A stretch of DNA of 63,992 bases, filler included, from Gemmatimonadota bacterium (GCA_003697105.1; 6 parts of 6 records of this genome joined end to end with filler, not necessarily neighbours in it); one strand, 5' to 3'; counted from the first letter of the whole stretch, positions 30,207-40,976 are shown. The notes: a model not told the origin generated them from the letters alone. Numbers and translations: made by a program.

Positions 30207-30773
30207 ATGAAATCTTTCCGACCCTTCTTATTTCTGCTCGTATTAGGGATAACCTTCAATAGCTGTGAACCGGAGGAGATCGAGCCGCCGGTAAAAGCCC
30301 CGCAGGTCACGGATACCACCCGTACCCCAGATCAAATATTGTTCGGATTCCGGTTAAAAGAAACCGTGTTAGGCGACATCAAATGGGAAGCGCTGGCTCA
30401 AAAAGCCACTATTTTTGAGACGGATAAAAAAGTGATTGTCGATACCATCCAGATCGATTTTTATCAAGAAGGGGCTTTGTATTCCACCCTAACGGCAGAT
30501 AGTGGCTTAATCTACCAAAATACCAACAACATGGAAGCCTACGGTAACGTGGTGATCGTCACGGAAGACGACCAACGGCTTGAAACAGACCGCCTGTTTT
30601 GGGATAATACCCGGCAAAAAATCTACTCCGATGCCTTCGTGACAGTTACCCAAGGCAACGATGTTTTAACTGGGGTTGGATTTGAGACAGACCCCCAACT
30701 CAAACATCTGGAAATTAAAAAGAACGTCAATGCGAAAATCCGAAAGATTAAGGGAGACCATCATGCCAAATAG
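30207..30773 (+). CDS. lptC: LPS export ABC transporter periplasmic protein LptC
   Basis: LTADSG..NMEAYGNVVI..LETDRLFWD..IYSDAFVTV..LTGVGFETD beta-jellyroll pattern. Confidence 0.85.
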   Translation: MKSFRPFLFLLVLGITFNSCEPEEIEPPVKAPQVTDTTRTPDQILFGFRLKETVLGDIKWEALAQKATIFETDKKVIVDTIQIDFYQEGALYSTLTADSGLIYQNTNNMEAYGNVVIVTEDDQRLETDRLFWDNTRQKIYSDAFVTVTQGNDVLTGVGFETDPQLKHLEIKKNVNAKIRKIKGDHHAK

Positions 30774-31887
30774 CACCGATCCACCCCGTATTTTGATTGT
30801 CGATGATGTCAAAAATAATGTATTGCTTATGGAAATGTTACTAAAAAAGCATGGATATATCCCCATTTCAGCGTATAGCGGTGCAGAAGCGCTGGAGAAA
30901 ATCGAACAAAACGATATTGACGTGGTGGTCATGGATGTCATGATGCCCGAAATGGATGGCTTTGAAGCGACTCGCCACATCAAAGCCAATGAAAAAAGTA
31001 AACACATTCCGGTGATTTTACTTACCGCCCAACGTCGTAACCTCACGGACATGGTCACGGGTTTGGATAGCGGCGCCGATGAGTACGCCACCAAGCCCAT
31101 TGATGAGAAAGAACTCACGGCAAAACTGCGTGCGCTGCTACGCATTAAAGAATTATATGATCAACTGAATGATGCCAATACCCGTTTGCGCGAACTCGAC
31201 CAGCTTAAAAATGATCTGACTCACATGATTGTACACGATCTGCGAAACCCGTTGACCGGTATTCTGGGACACCTGCAACTCTTAAAAATGACAGAACTCT
31301 CTGCAGAACAGTCCAACACGCTGGATAATGCCTTACAAAACGCGGAGCAACTGCTGGGGATGATCACCGACCTGCTGGACATCAGCAAAATGGAAGAAGG
31401 CAAATTAATGCTCAAGACCAGCCCAATCATTTTTGAAGATGTGGTCCAGGTGGCACTTCGTCAGGTTCAAGTGCTCGTGGAAGAAAAAGGGATCAACCTC
31501 CAAATCGCTATCAATGAAACACTCCCCGTGATCATTGCCGATTACGATAAACTGCTGCGGGTGATGGTTAACCTATTGAGCAATGCCATCAAATTCACCC
31601 CCCCAGCCGGACACATTGAGATTCGGGCTAACGTGGTCGATACGACTACCATTCAAGTCAGTGTGAGTGACACCGGAGAAGGTATTCCAGAAAATTATCT
31701 GGATCGAATTTTTGATAAGTTCATTCAGGTGGAAAGCCGCAAAGCCGGACGTAACCTATCCACCGGATTGGGATTAACCTTTTGTAAACTGGTGCTCGAA
31801 GCCCATCAGGGAAAAATCTGGGTGGAAAGTGCTTTGGGGAAAGGAAGTACCTTTTATTTCAGCCTACCACTACAAACTGAGCGATAG
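30763..31887 (+). CDS. Hybrid REC-histidine kinase
   Basis: REC (VMDVMMPEMDG), VHDLRNPL, NLLSNAIKF, STGLGL; GGAG RBS before ATG 30763. Confidence 0.9.
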   Translation: MPNSTDPPRILIVDDVKNNVLLMEMLLKKHGYIPISAYSGAEALEKIEQNDIDVVVMDVMMPEMDGFEATRHIKANEKSKHIPVILLTAQRRNLTDMVTGLDSGADEYATKPIDEKELTAKLRALLRIKELYDQLNDANTRLRELDQLKNDLTHMIVHDLRNPLTGILGHLQLLKMTELSAEQSNTLDNALQNAEQLLGMITDLLDISKMEEGKLMLKTSPIIFEDVVQVALRQVQVLVEEKGINLQIAINETLPVIIADYDKLLRVMVNLLSNAIKFTPPAGHIEIRANVVDTTTIQVSVSDTGEGIPENYLDRIFDKFIQVESRKAGRNLSTGLGLTFCKLVLEAHQGKIWVESALGKGSTFYFSLPLQTER

Positions 31888-31910
31888 ACCATTGTTGAGG
31901 GAGATATAAG

Positions 31911-33098
31911 ATGGACGCATTTATCCAAGCGCGAAAATTCGCCGCTGAAAAAAAAGACGTGGTGCATGCCGGAATTTATCCGTTCTTTATGCCACTAAGT
32001 GAAACCGAAGGAACTGAAGTCGCCGTCAAGGGTCATCGCTTGATTATGATTGGCTCAAACAATTATTTGGGCTTAACCACGCACCCCAAAGTGCGAGAAG
32101 CCGCCCTCCACGCGGTACAAAAATATGGCACAAGTTGTACCGGCTCCCGATTCTTGAATGGAACATTGGAACTCCATGAGGAATTGGAACACCGGTTAGC
32201 AAAATTCCTCCAAAAGGAAGCCGCTTTGGTGTTTAGCACGGGCTACCAGACCAATTTAGGGACCATCTCTACGATTCTTGGCAAAAATGAGCACATGATT
32301 GTGGACCGGGACGTTCACGCTTGCATCATCGATGGCTGGGCATTGGCCAACGGTAACTTAAAGCGTTACCGGCATAATCAGATGGATGACCTGGAAAAAA
32401 CCCTCCGTTCCTTGCCACAGGACGAGGGAAAATTGGTCGCCGTAGATGGGGTGTTCAGTATGGAAGGAGATTTAGCAAATCTACCAGAAATCGTCCCGCT
32501 CTGCCAAAAATACAACGCCCGTCTGCTGGTGGATGATGCGCATTCAATCGGTGTGATGGGACCGCGTGGCGAAGGAACCGGAGTCCATTTTGGCTTGCAA
32601 GATCAGATTGACTTGGTTACCGGCACGTTCAGCAAGGCTTTTGCATCGTTAGGGGGTGTTGTTGCCGGTAATAAAGACATAATTGATTACATTAAGCACT
32701 TTGCGCGTCCCTTTATTTTTAGTGCCAGTATGCCGCCCTCCAATATTGCCGCTGCACTTGCCGCCCTAGACATCATGGAACAGGAACCGGAACATCTCGC
32801 CCGTCTTTGGAAAAATACGGAATATATGCGGCGGGGCTTTCAAGATTTAGGGTTCGATACCGGGCATAGCGTCACCCCCGTGATTCCAATCATCATCGGT
32901 GGTAGCCGGGAGCGCGTATTTACGATTTGGCGGGCATTATTTGATGCCGGCGTTTTCGTCAATCCCGTTATTCCGCCTGCGGTGCCGCCCCGCCGTTCGT
33001 TGTTGCGGACTAGCTACATGGCAACTCACACCACCGATCAACTAGACCGTGTTTTGGAAATTTTCAAAACAGTCGGTAAAAAATTTGATATTATTTGA
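31911..33098 (+). CDS. spt: Serine palmitoyltransferase-like alpha-oxoamine synthase (PLP)
   Basis: GIYPFF N-terminus, GSNNYLGLT, GSRFLNGT, DDAH, GTFSK PLP-lysine motif and FIFSAS resemble bacterial SPTs more than BioF or Kbl. Confidence 0.7.
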   Translation: MDAFIQARKFAAEKKDVVHAGIYPFFMPLSETEGTEVAVKGHRLIMIGSNNYLGLTTHPKVREAALHAVQKYGTSCTGSRFLNGTLELHEELEHRLAKFLQKEAALVFSTGYQTNLGTISTILGKNEHMIVDRDVHACIIDGWALANGNLKRYRHNQMDDLEKTLRSLPQDEGKLVAVDGVFSMEGDLANLPEIVPLCQKYNARLLVDDAHSIGVMGPRGEGTGVHFGLQDQIDLVTGTFSKAFASLGGVVAGNKDIIDYIKHFARPFIFSASMPPSNIAAALAALDIMEQEPEHLARLWKNTEYMRRGFQDLGFDTGHSVTPVIPIIIGGSRERVFTIWRALFDAGVFVNPVIPPAVPPRRSLLRTSYMATHTTDQLDRVLEIFKTVGKKFDII

Positions 33099-34407
33099 TG
33101 CCGGGTAATAGGCGGTCATATATCCCCGAAAGGGGCGTTGTCGGCGTATCGGAAATCTCAATAGCAGTTTGTAACCGGTGGATGGCTCGCTCCCCTTTCT
33201 GGGGGTCTGTGGCATAGACACGGATTAAAAGTTGCCCCGTATCAACAGCATCTCCCACCTTAACCGGAACAGACAAACCCACTGCCGGGTCAATCACATC
33301 CTCGATTGTGGCACGACCTGCACCCAATTCGCAAGCAACTTGCCCCATGAGAAGTGGGTCCATCGACGCAATCCAGCCCGTTTGAGGACTTTTGATTTCG
33401 TACAGATGTGTTGCCTGTGGCAGGCGGGAGCGATCTGTAATCACACCGGGGTCACCTCCTTGAATCTGGATCAATTCTTCAAATTTCGCTAAAGCCTTTC
33501 CATCCGCAATGTGTTGCTGTAGCACCGTGATACCCTCTTCTAAGGTTTCAACGCGCTTTGCCAGCCACAGCATTTCCGCACTGAGCGCATATACAATCTC
33601 CATCAGGTCTGCGGGACCCTTGCCGGCAAGGGCATCAATACTTTCTTCGACCTCCAGCGCATTGCCAATCGCGTATCCTAATGGCTGATTCATGTTGGTA
33701 AGAAGTGCCACCGCCCCCCGTCCCATTTCAGCACTGATATTGACCAAATTTTGGGCAAGTGTTTGGGCATCGTCCATAGTCTTCATAAAAGCGGCTTTTC
33801 CAACTTTGACATCAAACACAATTGCATCGGGTCCCGCCGCCAATTTTTTGCTCAGAATACTTGCCGTAATCAGTGGAATACTTTCGACCGTGCCCGTCAC
33901 GTCCCGTAGGGCGTAAAGTTTCCGGTCTGCGGGGGTCAGTTCAGGGGTTTGCCCAATCATCGCCACCCCGATTTTTGCGGTAATATCCCGGTATTCGCTG
34001 AGGCTCAATTGCGTCCGAAACCCGGGGATCGACTCCAGTTTATCCAGCGTACCTCCCGTGTGCCCCAAGCCGCGTCCGGAGATCATCGGGACGGGCACGC
34101 CTACCGAAGCCACCAGTGGCGCTAAAACTAAGGATACTTTATCTCCCACCCCACCGGTACTGTGTTTATCAACTTTCGTTCCGGGGATCGAGGACAAGTC
34201 CACCACTTGCCCGGAGTGCATCATGGCTTGGATCAGTGCACGGGTCTCAGCGGGACTCATTCCCTGAAAATAGATTGCCATCAAGAGGGCACTCATTTGA
34301 TAATCGGGGATCTCGCCGCGGGTGTAACGCTCGATTACAGCATGGATTTCACCAGTACTCAATTCCTGACCATCTCGTTTTTTTTGAATCACATCTAGTA
34401 CGCGCAT
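33091..34407 (-). CDS. pdp: Pyrimidine-nucleoside (thymidine) phosphorylase
   Basis: DKHSTGGVGDK, SGRGLGHTGGTLDKLESIPGF, ASILSKK. Confidence 0.93.
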   Translation of the reverse strand: MRVLDVIQKKRDGQELSTGEIHAVIERYTRGEIPDYQMSALLMAIYFQGMSPAETRALIQAMMHSGQVVDLSSIPGTKVDKHSTGGVGDKVSLVLAPLVASVGVPVPMISGRGLGHTGGTLDKLESIPGFRTQLSLSEYRDITAKIGVAMIGQTPELTPADRKLYALRDVTGTVESIPLITASILSKKLAAGPDAIVFDVKVGKAAFMKTMDDAQTLAQNLVNISAEMGRGAVALLTNMNQPLGYAIGNALEVEESIDALAGKGPADLMEIVYALSAEMLWLAKRVETLEEGITVLQQHIADGKALAKFEELIQIQGGDPGVITDRSRLPQATHLYEIKSPQTGWIASMDPLLMGQVACELGAGRATIEDVIDPAVGLSVPVKVGDAVDTGQLLIRVYATDPQKGERAIHRLQTAIEISDTPTTPLSGIYDRLLPGIK

Positions 34408-34502
34408 GATTTTCTCTTTCTTTTTTGAAGGTGACGTGTTATTCTACCGGTTCTGAAAACCAATATACAGACCGGCAAACCAAGTCTCAAGTCCTTTTTG
34501 TG

Positions 34503-34644
34503 CTGATTTTGCCACAACGTAGCCTCACAAAATCAGTCCTCAACCCCAGCCGGATATGGGAAACAAAGTAACTTCTTTATCATCAAGGTATTAAGGTATA
34601 GGGTTATTATGAGGGTTCGGGGATTCCATGGCATAGACTCTGCT
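34503..34644 (+). promoter_or_regulatory. Putative sigma54 promoter with IHF-like site and upstream palindrome, ahead of sprA
   Basis: TGGCATAGACTCTGCT (GG-N10-GC) at 34629-34644; CATCAAGGTATTA at 34581-34593; inverted repeat CTGATTTTG-N16-CAAAATCAG at 34503-34536. Confidence 0.5.
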
Positions 34645-34727
34645 TGGGAAGCCGTAACCCCATGATGTTACCCAACATAATGGCTTGAAATCTATCTATT
34701 TATCCCAATCAGTTTGGAATCTCCACA

Positions 34728-37700
34728 GTGTCTTTTGATTTGAAACGTAATGCTTCGATGGTCTCATTCCGATTTTCCCCGTTGTGCCTTTTGATGTTCA
34801 GTTTGATCCTCTTTACCCCCTCTTCCAGTGGGGCAGAAACGCCACCGGAAGCCTATGATTGGTTGCGGGAACGTGCGTTTTTCCGCTATCGTGATGCCAC
34901 ACCGCAACTGACGGAACAAACCCCCGGGCTGAATTTTCTTTATGGACAACCCTTACTGAAATCCACCAACCGGAATACGACCCCCCAACGCCGGTTTGAA
35001 ATAGATTACCAACGAGGCATCGTGGTAATCTACGATGAAATTTACGGACACATTCTAGGGCAACCGCTTATCCTCTCGTTGGATGAATATTTCCGCCTAG
35101 CCAACCGTAACCAAAGTTTTCAAAATTTACTGAACCAAAGCATGACCGAGCTGGCGCGCCCCGACCGCTTTGTGGATAGTGGCGGCGGGTTGGTGCCCAC
35201 CCTAACCTTGCCAATCCAAATTCCGGAAGATAGTTTTTTTTCCGGCTGGTTAATCTCGGAAGAAGGGGAAGGCAATCTGGCATCGTTAACCGTCAGCGGG
35301 CATCAGCGGATTTCGTTCTCGGGGCGGACGGATTACTACCCCAATCGAAACGATAATACCTCCGTAAAGCAGTCTAAATTCCCCAAATTGGATATGGAAC
35401 AGGAACTCAAAGTCAATCTGGAAGGGAAAATCGGGGATAAAATCAGTGTACTGGTGGACCACGACAGCCGCCGCGACAGCCAGCATAAAAACACCATTCG
35501 CTTGCGGTATGATGGTGATGATGATGAAATCATTCAAGAACTAGAAGCCGGTAACACCACCCTCTCCTTAGGAAGCGGTCCCACGTTTATCCAAAGCAGT
35601 GTGGCACATGAAGGGCTGTTTGGCATCAAATCACGCCTTAAATTTGGAAATTTGACCATCACGACCATCACCAGTAAAGAAGAAAGTAACACCGAAAGCT
35701 CCCGGTTTGAAGGTACCGCCCAAAGTGACAGTACCATCTTGGAAGATTACCGCTATATCCGCCGCCAGTTTTTCTACATCAACGAACCGGAACAGCTGGT
35801 TCGAGATTATGCCAGCGGGCAATGGAGTACCAGTTCTGTACTCCCCCGCGATGTCACCGAAATTCAAGTCTGGTTAGATGATGGGGAAATTGAGAATAAT
35901 CTGGAAGACGGGGCTATCTATGCCAAAGCCGATATTTATGGGCGAGAAAATGCCACTAGCCCGTACCAGATTATTGATCAAACGGAAGGGAACTTTCACC
36001 GGTTGTACAGCCCGGAAGATTATCAAATTGAGTACATTGAGGATGCCAGTACCTCAGAAGTTATCGGATACACGCTCTATTTTCGGCAAGCCATTTCCAC
36101 GCAAGCCATGTTAGGGATTTACTACGAAGCTCGGGATGGTACCACCTATGGACGACTCCCCGCCAGCGAGGCGGACACCCTGCACCTAAAATTGATCAAA
36201 TCCATCACCTCACATCTCCCGGATGACCCCACGTGGAAGTACGAAGTCCGTAACCGGTATCGCATCAGTAATACCGCCATTGAAGACAACAATTTTGAAC
36301 TGGTGATTTATAGGGTCGCCCAGACCGGTGATCCGGTGGAGTTTCAAGAAGGCTCAAACCGGAGTTATATGGAGATTATGAACCTGCGAGACCCAGATAC
36401 CGGCTGGTTTATTCCACCCAACCCCAGTTTTTGGGAGACCGGAATTCTGCAAGTGCCCGGTATCTATCCGTTTGCGGGGGGAGAAGACCCCGTACCCCCC
36501 GCTACACCGGATGTCGCCTTCTTCGGACCCTCTGAACTGACCGAAGAAGAACGCAACCCTGATATTTACAATACCTCAGACTCAGAAATCAACCGCGATA
36601 CCGGAAAATACAACAAGTTTTTCTTTGTCGCACGCTACGCCCGCACCCAGAAAGAACTCCGTCTGGGGCGCTTAAACGTACTGGAAAGCAGTATCCGGGT
36701 GTATAAAAATGGCCAATTGCTAGAACTAAACAAGGATTACCGCGTTGTACCGGAAATTGGCTTGGTGACCTTGTTGGAAGCACCATTACCCACCGATGAT
36801 ATTGCCGTTGATTACGAATACAGTCCCTTTCTGGCGCAATCCCAAAAAACATTGCTCGGTATCCGTGGTGAATACGAAATAAGTGACCGTTCTAAAATCG
36901 GTCTGACGTGGATGTACAAAAGCGAAAGTACCCGTGAAGATCGCCCCCGCATCGGCAACGAACCGAGCCGCCACATGCTGTTGGATATGGATGTCACCTC
37001 GGATTTTGATATGCCGATTTTCACCCAGTTGGTCAATACCATCCCGTTTATGGAGACGGAGGCAAAAAGCCAGTTCCGTCTCGGCGGGGAGGTGGCGATG
37101 TCCCTACCCAACCCCAATACAAAAGGCGATGCCTATATCGATGATTTTGAAGGCTCCGAACAAGCCCAAACCCTCGGCATGACAGACCGCGCGTGGAAGT
37201 TGGGGAGTACCCCGCCCGCGATTTCCGAAAATTACACCCCCACCCCAGAAAATAAAGCCGAAATGTTTTGGTACAATCTGGTGTCACGGGATCGAGTGGT
37301 GCAACGAGAAGATATTTATTCTAATTTGGGTCGCCAAGAAGCAGATGACTACATTGATGATATTCTCTATTTTGCCATCAAGCCGGATGTACCGGATTCC
37401 TCGTGGGCATCCGTCCAAAGTTTGCTCTCGAAAAGCGGAATCAGTTATGCCAACTCCAAGTATATTCAATTTTGGGTGAAAAGCACCGAAGGGCACATCC
37501 ACATTGATATGGGAGATGTCAGCGAAGACTCCTACAACACCGGATATGGCTACGTTTACGCCCAAGCTGGCAATGCGCAAAACCCCAGTTGTGCCCCCAA
37601 TAAAGGCAACCTGAATTCCGAAGATATTTATTTGGGGAAACGCGATGGGCAACCCCAACTGAACGATGAGGATATCGGGTTGGATGGAATCCCGCGCAAT

Positions 37701-40700
37701 AGCACCCGGTGTGACTCACTCGTGGATACGACGGATGATGACGCAGACCGATTTAATTACGATGCCAGCTTTGATTATAACAATCCCGTTAAATATAAAT
37801 ACGTGAATGGGACCGAAAAAAATGGCTACCTCGATACCGAGGATTTGGATGAAAATAATCGGCTAAATACCACTGAGCGCTTTTTCCGCTACTCTGTCGA
37901 TCTGGATAGCTTGAGCGAAGACAGCCGGTTTGTGGTGGCGCGTGGTAATCGCGACCCCTCCTGGCGACTCTTCCAAATTCCCCTGCATGACCCCGATGTC
38001 ATTGAAACCAATACCACCGTTGATTTGCAAGACCCGGACGCCATTCGTTCCTTTTTGGATGGATTAAAATATATGCGCATCTGGTTTGATGGTGTCCGCG
38101 ATACGACAAAGTACACCATTATTCCCATCTACGATCTTCAAGTCACGGGTAATAAATGGCAGGAAAATAACCTCCGCCAGTTCGGAACGGATCGGGATAT
38201 TACCGATGCCGAAAAAGCCCCCACTGAAAAAGTAGAAATCACCGTCCGTAACACCCAAGACCACGAATATTATGAACACCCACGGGGGGTGTACGTCGGC
38301 AAGGATGAAGAAGGCAACCCCTACCGGGAACAATCCATCAGCTTGGTCATACAGGATGTACAAGCTGGGCACTATGGCTCCGTTTATTTGGGCTATCCCG
38401 AAGGGCAAGATTATCTAAATTACGGTGCGGTGGCGTTTTATCTGACCGGATACCCCACGGCGCGTACCCTGCCCGGCACGGAAGTCATCTTTTTTATACG
38501 AATGGGCGCCGATAATCCCGATACAACCCATTACTACGAATACCGCCGCAAGATCGACATTTCACAGGGCATCAATTGGGAAGAAATCAAAATCAATTTT
38601 GCCGATTTTACCCAGTTGAAGTTGGAACGTCCGGAAACGGATCAATACTATTGGACGGGTAATCTGGAGGAAGGGATTTACGCGGTGAAAGGCGAACCGT
38701 CGCTGATTAACGTCCGGCGGATCACCTATGGTGTCGTGGCGATTCAAAATAATACCAACGGTGAGGTCTGGATTGATGATATGCGAGTCGTGGATGTCAA
38801 CCGCGAGCCCGGATATGCGGCACGGATGAGTGTTTCCACCCAATTTGCGGACGTGCTCAGCCTCTCTGCCAATGTCTCCTGGCGAGATGCCGAATTTTAT
38901 ACCTTTCGGGAATCTAGCGGCGGGCGGCAAACCACGTTTGCGTGGGGATTAAGTGGGGTGACCTTAAACCTGCACCGGTTGTTTCCCCAAAGTTGGGGCT
39001 TGAAATTGCCGGTGACCGGCAGTTGGACGGAATCCGCATCGACACCGAAATATCTGCCCAGTTCAGACATTCTATTAACCCGGGACGTGGCAGATGCAGA
39101 AAAAAGTACCTCGCGACGGCAGGAACTCCGAGCACAATTTAGCCGCACCACCAAAAAGGGCAATTGGTTGACCAGTCTAACCATTGACCGACTTACCCTG
39201 AACGGCTCGGTCTCCCGCGATGTCCGGTTAACCCCCACCCGCGAAGATACCACAACCCAAGTGACCGCTACCGGAAGCTATAGTTGGCGCTTACCAAGCA
39301 ATTTTGGGCTGAATCTGAAAATCACCAAATTTAATCCCTTACCCACAGATTTATCCCTACAAGGTACACTCCAACGGCGCGAATCCAAACAATATACGAT
39401 CAATCGCACAACCAACAGCCGGTATGAAAACAAAACCCAACCAGTCAAAACACTGGGGGGGAGTATGGCACTCGGATTTCAAATCTTTACCGGGTTGACG
39501 TCAAGTTTGAATGTCACCACGAACCGCGATCTCTCCGAAGATGTGGGGGAACGATTCCTAACCTTCAATTTAGGTAAAGAAACCCGCCACTCGCAAAAAT
39601 GGACGAACAACTTCCGACCCAATCTACCGTGGATTTTTGCCTCCATCCGCCCTCAATTCAGCTTTGAGACCACCTATGATGAAGATAATCGTTTTATTTC
39701 GGGGGCAACAAATCCAGATGGAAGCCGGGAATATACGCGCAATGTCTCGGTTGGACGGCGCTACGGAGCGTCCGGATCATTAGCATTTAACGACATTTTG
39801 CGCACCTTGGGACTCAACCTGACCAAAACGGGTGCCAGAGTCCCCTCACCGCAGGCGAAGATTCCCAAACCGGCGGCGGTAAACGATACCCTCACGTCAG
39901 ATGAAGCAAAAACGACCGTACCAGACGACGGTCCCAGTATCATCAGTCGCGGTATCAACAGTTGTTTGGGCGGTATTACCGGTATTTTCGGGCGGATTTC
40001 CCCGATTACGGTACGGTATGACCATAATGAGGGGCAGCGGTATGATCAAGTGGACCATCGCAAACCGGGGTATCGCTTTCAATGGGGCTTGTTGGACAGC
40101 TTAGATGTGGAAGGCCGGTTGCAAGCGGAGACACGCTCCGATAATTATACTGCCGGTACAGGCGTACAATTGCTCACCAATCTGAATGTAAATACGGATT
40201 ATACCTTGCAAGTGAGTGAAAATGTCTCTACCACATCCTCAACCAAAAACCAGCGCGAAAGTTGGCCCAAAGTTCGGGTGCAATTTAATCAGATTGAGAA
40301 ATTCCCCTTTGTGCGAGCCGTGCTAACTACCGCTAGCCTGAGTTCAGAATATTCACAAGATTCCGAATGGTCGGAAACCAACGGCGAACGAACGAGCGAA
40401 ACGGCACGAACAACGTGGAAAGTGGTTAGTTTACGTTCAACCCTATTCAAAAAAATCAATTTAAATTATAACCATGATCGCACCAATGCCGAATCCAACA
40501 ATTTTGGCATTGATGGGCAGGTCAACAGCACCACAATTAACCGTACACAGGCTCATAATTTCACCTTGAGTTCACGGTTTCGTTCGCCACAAGGCTTTCG
40601 TATCCCGTTGCCGATCCTTTCTCGAAAATTGATCAAGTTTGACAGCGATCTGGACCTGGCCATCCCCTTTCAATATACAAAAACGGAAGCCAGCACTCGC

Positions 40701-40898
40701 ACCAAAGATGGCACTGAAACCCCGAACCCGACCAGCACCACCACCCGCTGGTCTATCTCACCCTCCATGAACTATAATTTTTCCCGAAGTATTACCGGAG
40801 GAATGCGGATGAAATGGCAAGAGGATGTGTACCCGTTAGATGATACCCGCGATCACCGGGTGATTGAAGTGGGGATTAACGCCATGTTCAAATTCTAA
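34728..40898 (+). CDS. sprA: Type IX secretion system outer-membrane translocon SprA/Sov homolog
   Basis: 2056 aa with a signal peptide, EGKIGDKISV..YDGDDDEIIQELEAGN..GLFGIK motifs, YIDDFEGS, LDTEDLD, a beta-strand-rich C-terminal half and terminal F. Start may instead be ATG 34758. Confidence 0.88.
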   Translation: MSFDLKRNASMVSFRFSPLCLLMFSLILFTPSSSGAETPPEAYDWLRERAFFRYRDATPQLTEQTPGLNFLYGQPLLKSTNRNTTPQRRFEIDYQRGIVVIYDEIYGHILGQPLILSLDEYFRLANRNQSFQNLLNQSMTELARPDRFVDSGGGLVPTLTLPIQIPEDSFFSGWLISEEGEGNLASLTVSGHQRISFSGRTDYYPNRNDNTSVKQSKFPKLDMEQELKVNLEGKIGDKISVLVDHDSRRDSQHKNTIRLRYDGDDDEIIQELEAGNTTLSLGSGPTFIQSSVAHEGLFGIKSRLKFGNLTITTITSKEESNTESSRFEGTAQSDSTILEDYRYIRRQFFYINEPEQLVRDYASGQWSTSSVLPRDVTEIQVWLDDGEIENNLEDGAIYAKADIYGRENATSPYQIIDQTEGNFHRLYSPEDYQIEYIEDASTSEVIGYTLYFRQAISTQAMLGIYYEARDGTTYGRLPASEADTLHLKLIKSITSHLPDDPTWKYEVRNRYRISNTAIEDNNFELVIYRVAQTGDPVEFQEGSNRSYMEIMNLRDPDTGWFIPPNPSFWETGILQVPGIYPFAGGEDPVPPATPDVAFFGPSELTEEERNPDIYNTSDSEINRDTGKYNKFFFVARYARTQKELRLGRLNVLESSIRVYKNGQLLELNKDYRVVPEIGLVTLLEAPLPTDDIAVDYEYSPFLAQSQKTLLGIRGEYEISDRSKIGLTWMYKSESTREDRPRIGNEPSRHMLLDMDVTSDFDMPIFTQLVNTIPFMETEAKSQFRLGGEVAMSLPNPNTKGDAYIDDFEGSEQAQTLGMTDRAWKLGSTPPAISENYTPTPENKAEMFWYNLVSRDRVVQREDIYSNLGRQEADDYIDDILYFAIKPDVPDSSWASVQSLLSKSGISYANSKYIQFWVKSTEGHIHIDMGDVSEDSYNTGYGYVYAQAGNAQNPSCAPNKGNLNSEDIYLGKRDGQPQLNDEDIGLDGIPRNSTRCDSLVDTTDDDADRFNYDASFDYNNPVKYKYVNGTEKNGYLDTEDLDENNRLNTTERFFRYSVDLDSLSEDSRFVVARGNRDPSWRLFQIPLHDPDVIETNTTVDLQDPDAIRSFLDGLKYMRIWFDGVRDTTKYTIIPIYDLQVTGNKWQENNLRQFGTDRDITDAEKAPTEKVEITVRNTQDHEYYEHPRGVYVGKDEEGNPYREQSISLVIQDVQAGHYGSVYLGYPEGQDYLNYGAVAFYLTGYPTARTLPGTEVIFFIRMGADNPDTTHYYEYRRKIDISQGINWEEIKINFADFTQLKLERPETDQYYWTGNLEEGIYAVKGEPSLINVRRITYGVVAIQNNTNGEVWIDDMRVVDVNREPGYAARMSVSTQFADVLSLSANVSWRDAEFYTFRESSGGRQTTFAWGLSGVTLNLHRLFPQSWGLKLPVTGSWTESASTPKYLPSSDILLTRDVADAEKSTSRRQELRAQFSRTTKKGNWLTSLTIDRLTLNGSVSRDVRLTPTREDTTTQVTATGSYSWRLPSNFGLNLKITKFNPLPTDLSLQGTLQRRESKQYTINRTTNSRYENKTQPVKTLGGSMALGFQIFTGLTSSLNVTTNRDLSEDVGERFLTFNLGKETRHSQKWTNNFRPNLPWIFASIRPQFSFETTYDEDNRFISGATNPDGSREYTRNVSVGRRYGASGSLAFNDILRTLGLNLTKTGARVPSPQAKIPKPAAVNDTLTSDEAKTTVPDDGPSIISRGINSCLGGITGIFGRISPITVRYDHNEGQRYDQVDHRKPGYRFQWGLLDSLDVEGRLQAETRSDNYTAGTGVQLLTNLNVNTDYTLQVSENVSTTSSTKNQRESWPKVRVQFNQIEKFPFVRAVLTTASLSSEYSQDSEWSETNGERTSETARTTWKVVSLRSTLFKKINLNYNHDRTNAESNNFGIDGQVNSTTINRTQAHNFTLSSRFRSPQGFRIPLPILSRKLIKFDSDLDLAIPFQYTKTEASTRTKDGTETPNPTSTTTRWSISPSMNYNFSRSITGGMRMKWQEDVYPLDDTRDHRVIEVGINAMFKF

Positions 40899-40932
40899 CC
40901 GGATAAACTACCGTTATCCATCTATTGACCGC

Positions 40933-40960
40933 GCCATCTGTCCCGGCAGATGGCATTTTT
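40933..40960 (+). terminator. Intrinsic terminator after sprA
   Basis: GCCATCTG/CAGATGGC stem followed by ATTTTT. Confidence 0.65.
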
Positions 40961-40976
40961 ATTGAGGATATGTACC

